Source: Escherichia coli (GTDB taxonomy: Bacteria; Pseudomonadota; Gammaproteobacteria; Enterobacterales; Enterobacteriaceae). Taken from it: a DNA stretch of 64,000 nucleotides. Below the pieces are notes generated by a model. That model made no database searches, had not been told where the DNA came from, and saw only the letters and a program-made list of their open reading frames with translations. Position 1 is the stretch's first letter. Each line of letters starts with the position of its first letter. The stretch is from the NCBI RefSeq assembly GCF_044324785.1, contig NZ_CP172127.1; one strand, given 5' to 3'. Below, piece after piece: positions 62,370 to 64,000 of the stretch. A program made the translations under genes and the position numbers.

Positions 62370-63176
62370 ATGATCGAAACGTTGCTTGAAGTGCGTAATT
62401 TAAGTAAAACGTTCCGCTACCGGACCGGCTGGTTTCGTCGTCAGACCGTAGAAGCGGTAAAACCCTTGAGCTTTACGCTACGTGAAGGCCAGACACTGGC
62501 GATCATTGGCGAGAATGGTTCTGGTAAATCCACGCTGGCAAAAATGCTGGCGGGAATGATAGAACCTACCAGCGGCGAGTTATTGATTGACGATCATCCG
62601 CTGCATTTTGGCGATTATTCCTTCCGCAGTCAGCGTATCCGCATGATTTTTCAGGATCCTTCGACCTCGTTGAATCCCCGTCAACGTATCTCGCAAATTC
62701 TGGATTTTCCACTGCGTCTGAACACCGATCTGGAACCTGAACAGCGTCGCAAACAGATTATTGAAACGATGCGTATGGTTGGGCTGCTACCGGATCACGT
62801 CAGTTACTATCCGCATATGTTGGCACCCGGGCAAAAACAGCGTCTGGGGCTGGCGCGCGCGCTGATATTGCGCCCAAAAGTCATTATTGCCGATGAAGCC
62901 CTCGCCTCACTGGATATGTCGATGCGTTCGCAGTTGATTAATCTGATGCTGGAGTTACAGGAAAAACAGGGCATTTCGTATATTTATGTTACCCAGCATA
63001 TCGGAATGATGAAGCACATTAGCGACCAGGTGCTGGTGATGCATCAGGGCGAGGTTGTCGAGCGAGGCAGCACCGCGGATGTGCTGGCATCGCCGCTGCA
63101 TGAACTCACCAAACGGCTTATTGCCGGTCATTTTGGCGAGGCATTGACGGCGGATGCGTGGCGTAAGGACCGTTAA
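62370..63176 (+). CDS. sapF: ABC ATPase SapF
   Basis: 268-aa ORF with Walker A GENGSGKS and Walker B VIIADEAL. Confidence 0.95.
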   Translation: MIETLLEVRNLSKTFRYRTGWFRRQTVEAVKPLSFTLREGQTLAIIGENGSGKSTLAKMLAGMIEPTSGELLIDDHPLHFGDYSFRSQRIRMIFQDPSTSLNPRQRISQILDFPLRLNTDLEPEQRRKQIIETMRMVGLLPDHVSYYPHMLAPGQKQRLGLARALILRPKVIIADEALASLDMSMRSQLINLMLELQEKQGISYIYVTQHIGMMKHISDQVLVMHQGEVVERGSTADVLASPLHELTKRLIAGHFGEALTADAWRKDR

Positions 63177-63805
63177 CAGGTTTCCTGGCTAGTACAATAT
63201 TCTTCACCGATAGCATCAGGGTCGATAAAGGGATACTCATTTTGCATAATATCCTGTAAATATTGTGCAAAATTAACAGCAATGACCTGATAGCTATCGG
63301 GATCATGTAAATAACGAACAATTTGTCCAGATTTTCCTTTTGGAGATGGAGAAAAGTCGATATATAAACGTGAAGTGCCGCCATTATTAATGCAATGAGC
63401 AAAACAGAGCCAGCGATGAAACGGTACAGTTGGATCTATACGTTCATCAACATCGACTTCGTCCATTTGCCCATCGTAGATTTTCATGATGGATTCCTGA
63501 CCAAACCATGACTTTCTTTCCTCCAAAATCTGCTGGGCAGACTGGAGATAATAGGGATATTCTCCGCCTTCAACATCCGCCCCTAAAACGGGTAAAAATA
63601 CCTTTTTATCCTGATGTTGTTGAAAATAAGTTCCCTTGATCTGGCGAAGCAAACCGAGTAAATCCTCCGAAGAATCAGGATATTCATGGAGAAGTTCTGT
63701 TATATCGCTTTCTTGCGCTCCAGACAGTGTTGCAAATAATGCCCTGACATCCGTTGGCAAATGTGCGGCAAGCCCGGCCAAATATTCCTGATACATTGTC
63801 ATCAT
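63173..63805 (-). CDS. SMI1/KNR4 (SUKH-1)-like protein, a possible orphan immunity protein
   Basis: 210-aa ORF. The C-terminal half CINNGGTSRLYIDFSPSPKGKSGQIVRYLHDPDSYQVIAVNFAQYLQDI resembles the SMI1/KNR4 family core (GG..., D.. P..GK.GQV..., then sF.eyL). AAGGA lies upstream of the ATG. It overlaps the sapF stop by 4 nt, convergently. The family call is from pattern memory, not an HMM. Confidence 0.6.
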   Translation of the reverse strand: MMTMYQEYLAGLAAHLPTDVRALFATLSGAQESDITELLHEYPDSSEDLLGLLRQIKGTYFQQHQDKKVFLPVLGADVEGGEYPYYLQSAQQILEERKSWFGQESIMKIYDGQMDEVDVDERIDPTVPFHRWLCFAHCINNGGTSRLYIDFSPSPKGKSGQIVRYLHDPDSYQVIAVNFAQYLQDIMQNEYPFIDPDAIGEEYCTSQETC

Positions 63806-64000
63806 AACGTCCTTTTTTAATCCATAATGAACAGCGTGTTTTGACTGTTTTTCTTAACAAAAGTTCCTGCTGTGCAACGCTCTGGCTCTTTAGTCCTTTC
63901 GTCGCTTATAATAGCTTTTTTCGGTCTTCCTCTTTCTCAAGAGAAAAGCTGCCTGATGTACAGGCACTGAAACGAGTATCAACAATAAGGATTAAAGCTA

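Overview
This window is an Escherichia coli-type chromosomal segment. I identified it by reading the ORF-track proteins and intergenic DNA and comparing them with E. coli K-12 proteins and sRNAs from memory; no searches were run. It matches the K-12 interval ydbL...sapF in inverted orientation. Gene order: ydbL-ynbE-ydbH, ldhA, hslJ, ydbJ, ydbK(pfo), micC, ompN, uspF, ttcA, dbpA, zntB, dgcM, smrA, mcaS, abgRABT, ogt, fnr, uspE, ynaJ, ynaI, mppA, pgrR(ycjZ)-ycjY..mpaA, ycjG, tpx, tyrR, ycjF-ycjX, pspEDCBA/pspF, puuEBCRD/puuAP, ymjA, sapABCDF. Nearly all genes have the full K-12 lengths. I found no rRNA, tRNA, CRISPR array or prophage.

The interest lies in the differences from my recollection of K-12:
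1. An AT-rich three-gene module (AraC regulator divergent from an EmrA/EmrB-like efflux pair) sits between smrA and mcaS.
2. mppA is split by a complete IS1 with a 9-bp target duplication.
3. A 1432-bp IS3-family element, IS1397-like, is inserted in the centre of a REP palindrome between pspF and puuE, with a 4-bp duplication.
4. pspE abuts ycjX, so the K-12 ycjM-ycjW/ompG cluster is absent.
5. ttcA is uninterrupted (no Rac prophage), and there is no IS between ynaJ and ynaI.
6. The PgrR-controlled operon is intact. It has two tandem GxCxG alpha/beta-hydrolase paralogs and an NAD(P)-binding protein where I recall K-12 having only the ymjD/ymjC remnants.
7. An SMI1/KNR4 (SUKH)-like gene lies convergent to sapF where I recall ycjD in K-12.

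Unannotated signals worth testing:
- A 37-bp element shared by the mppA and mpaA upstream regions.
- A 57-codon proline-rich ORF with a strong Shine-Dalgarno, 29 nt upstream of the GTG start of dbpA.
- A McaS variant with a divergent 5' hairpin.

I see no clear-cut novel multi-gene system such as a defence island. The strongest candidates for under-described biology are the intact pgrR-hydrolase operon, the efflux module and the dbpA leader ORF.
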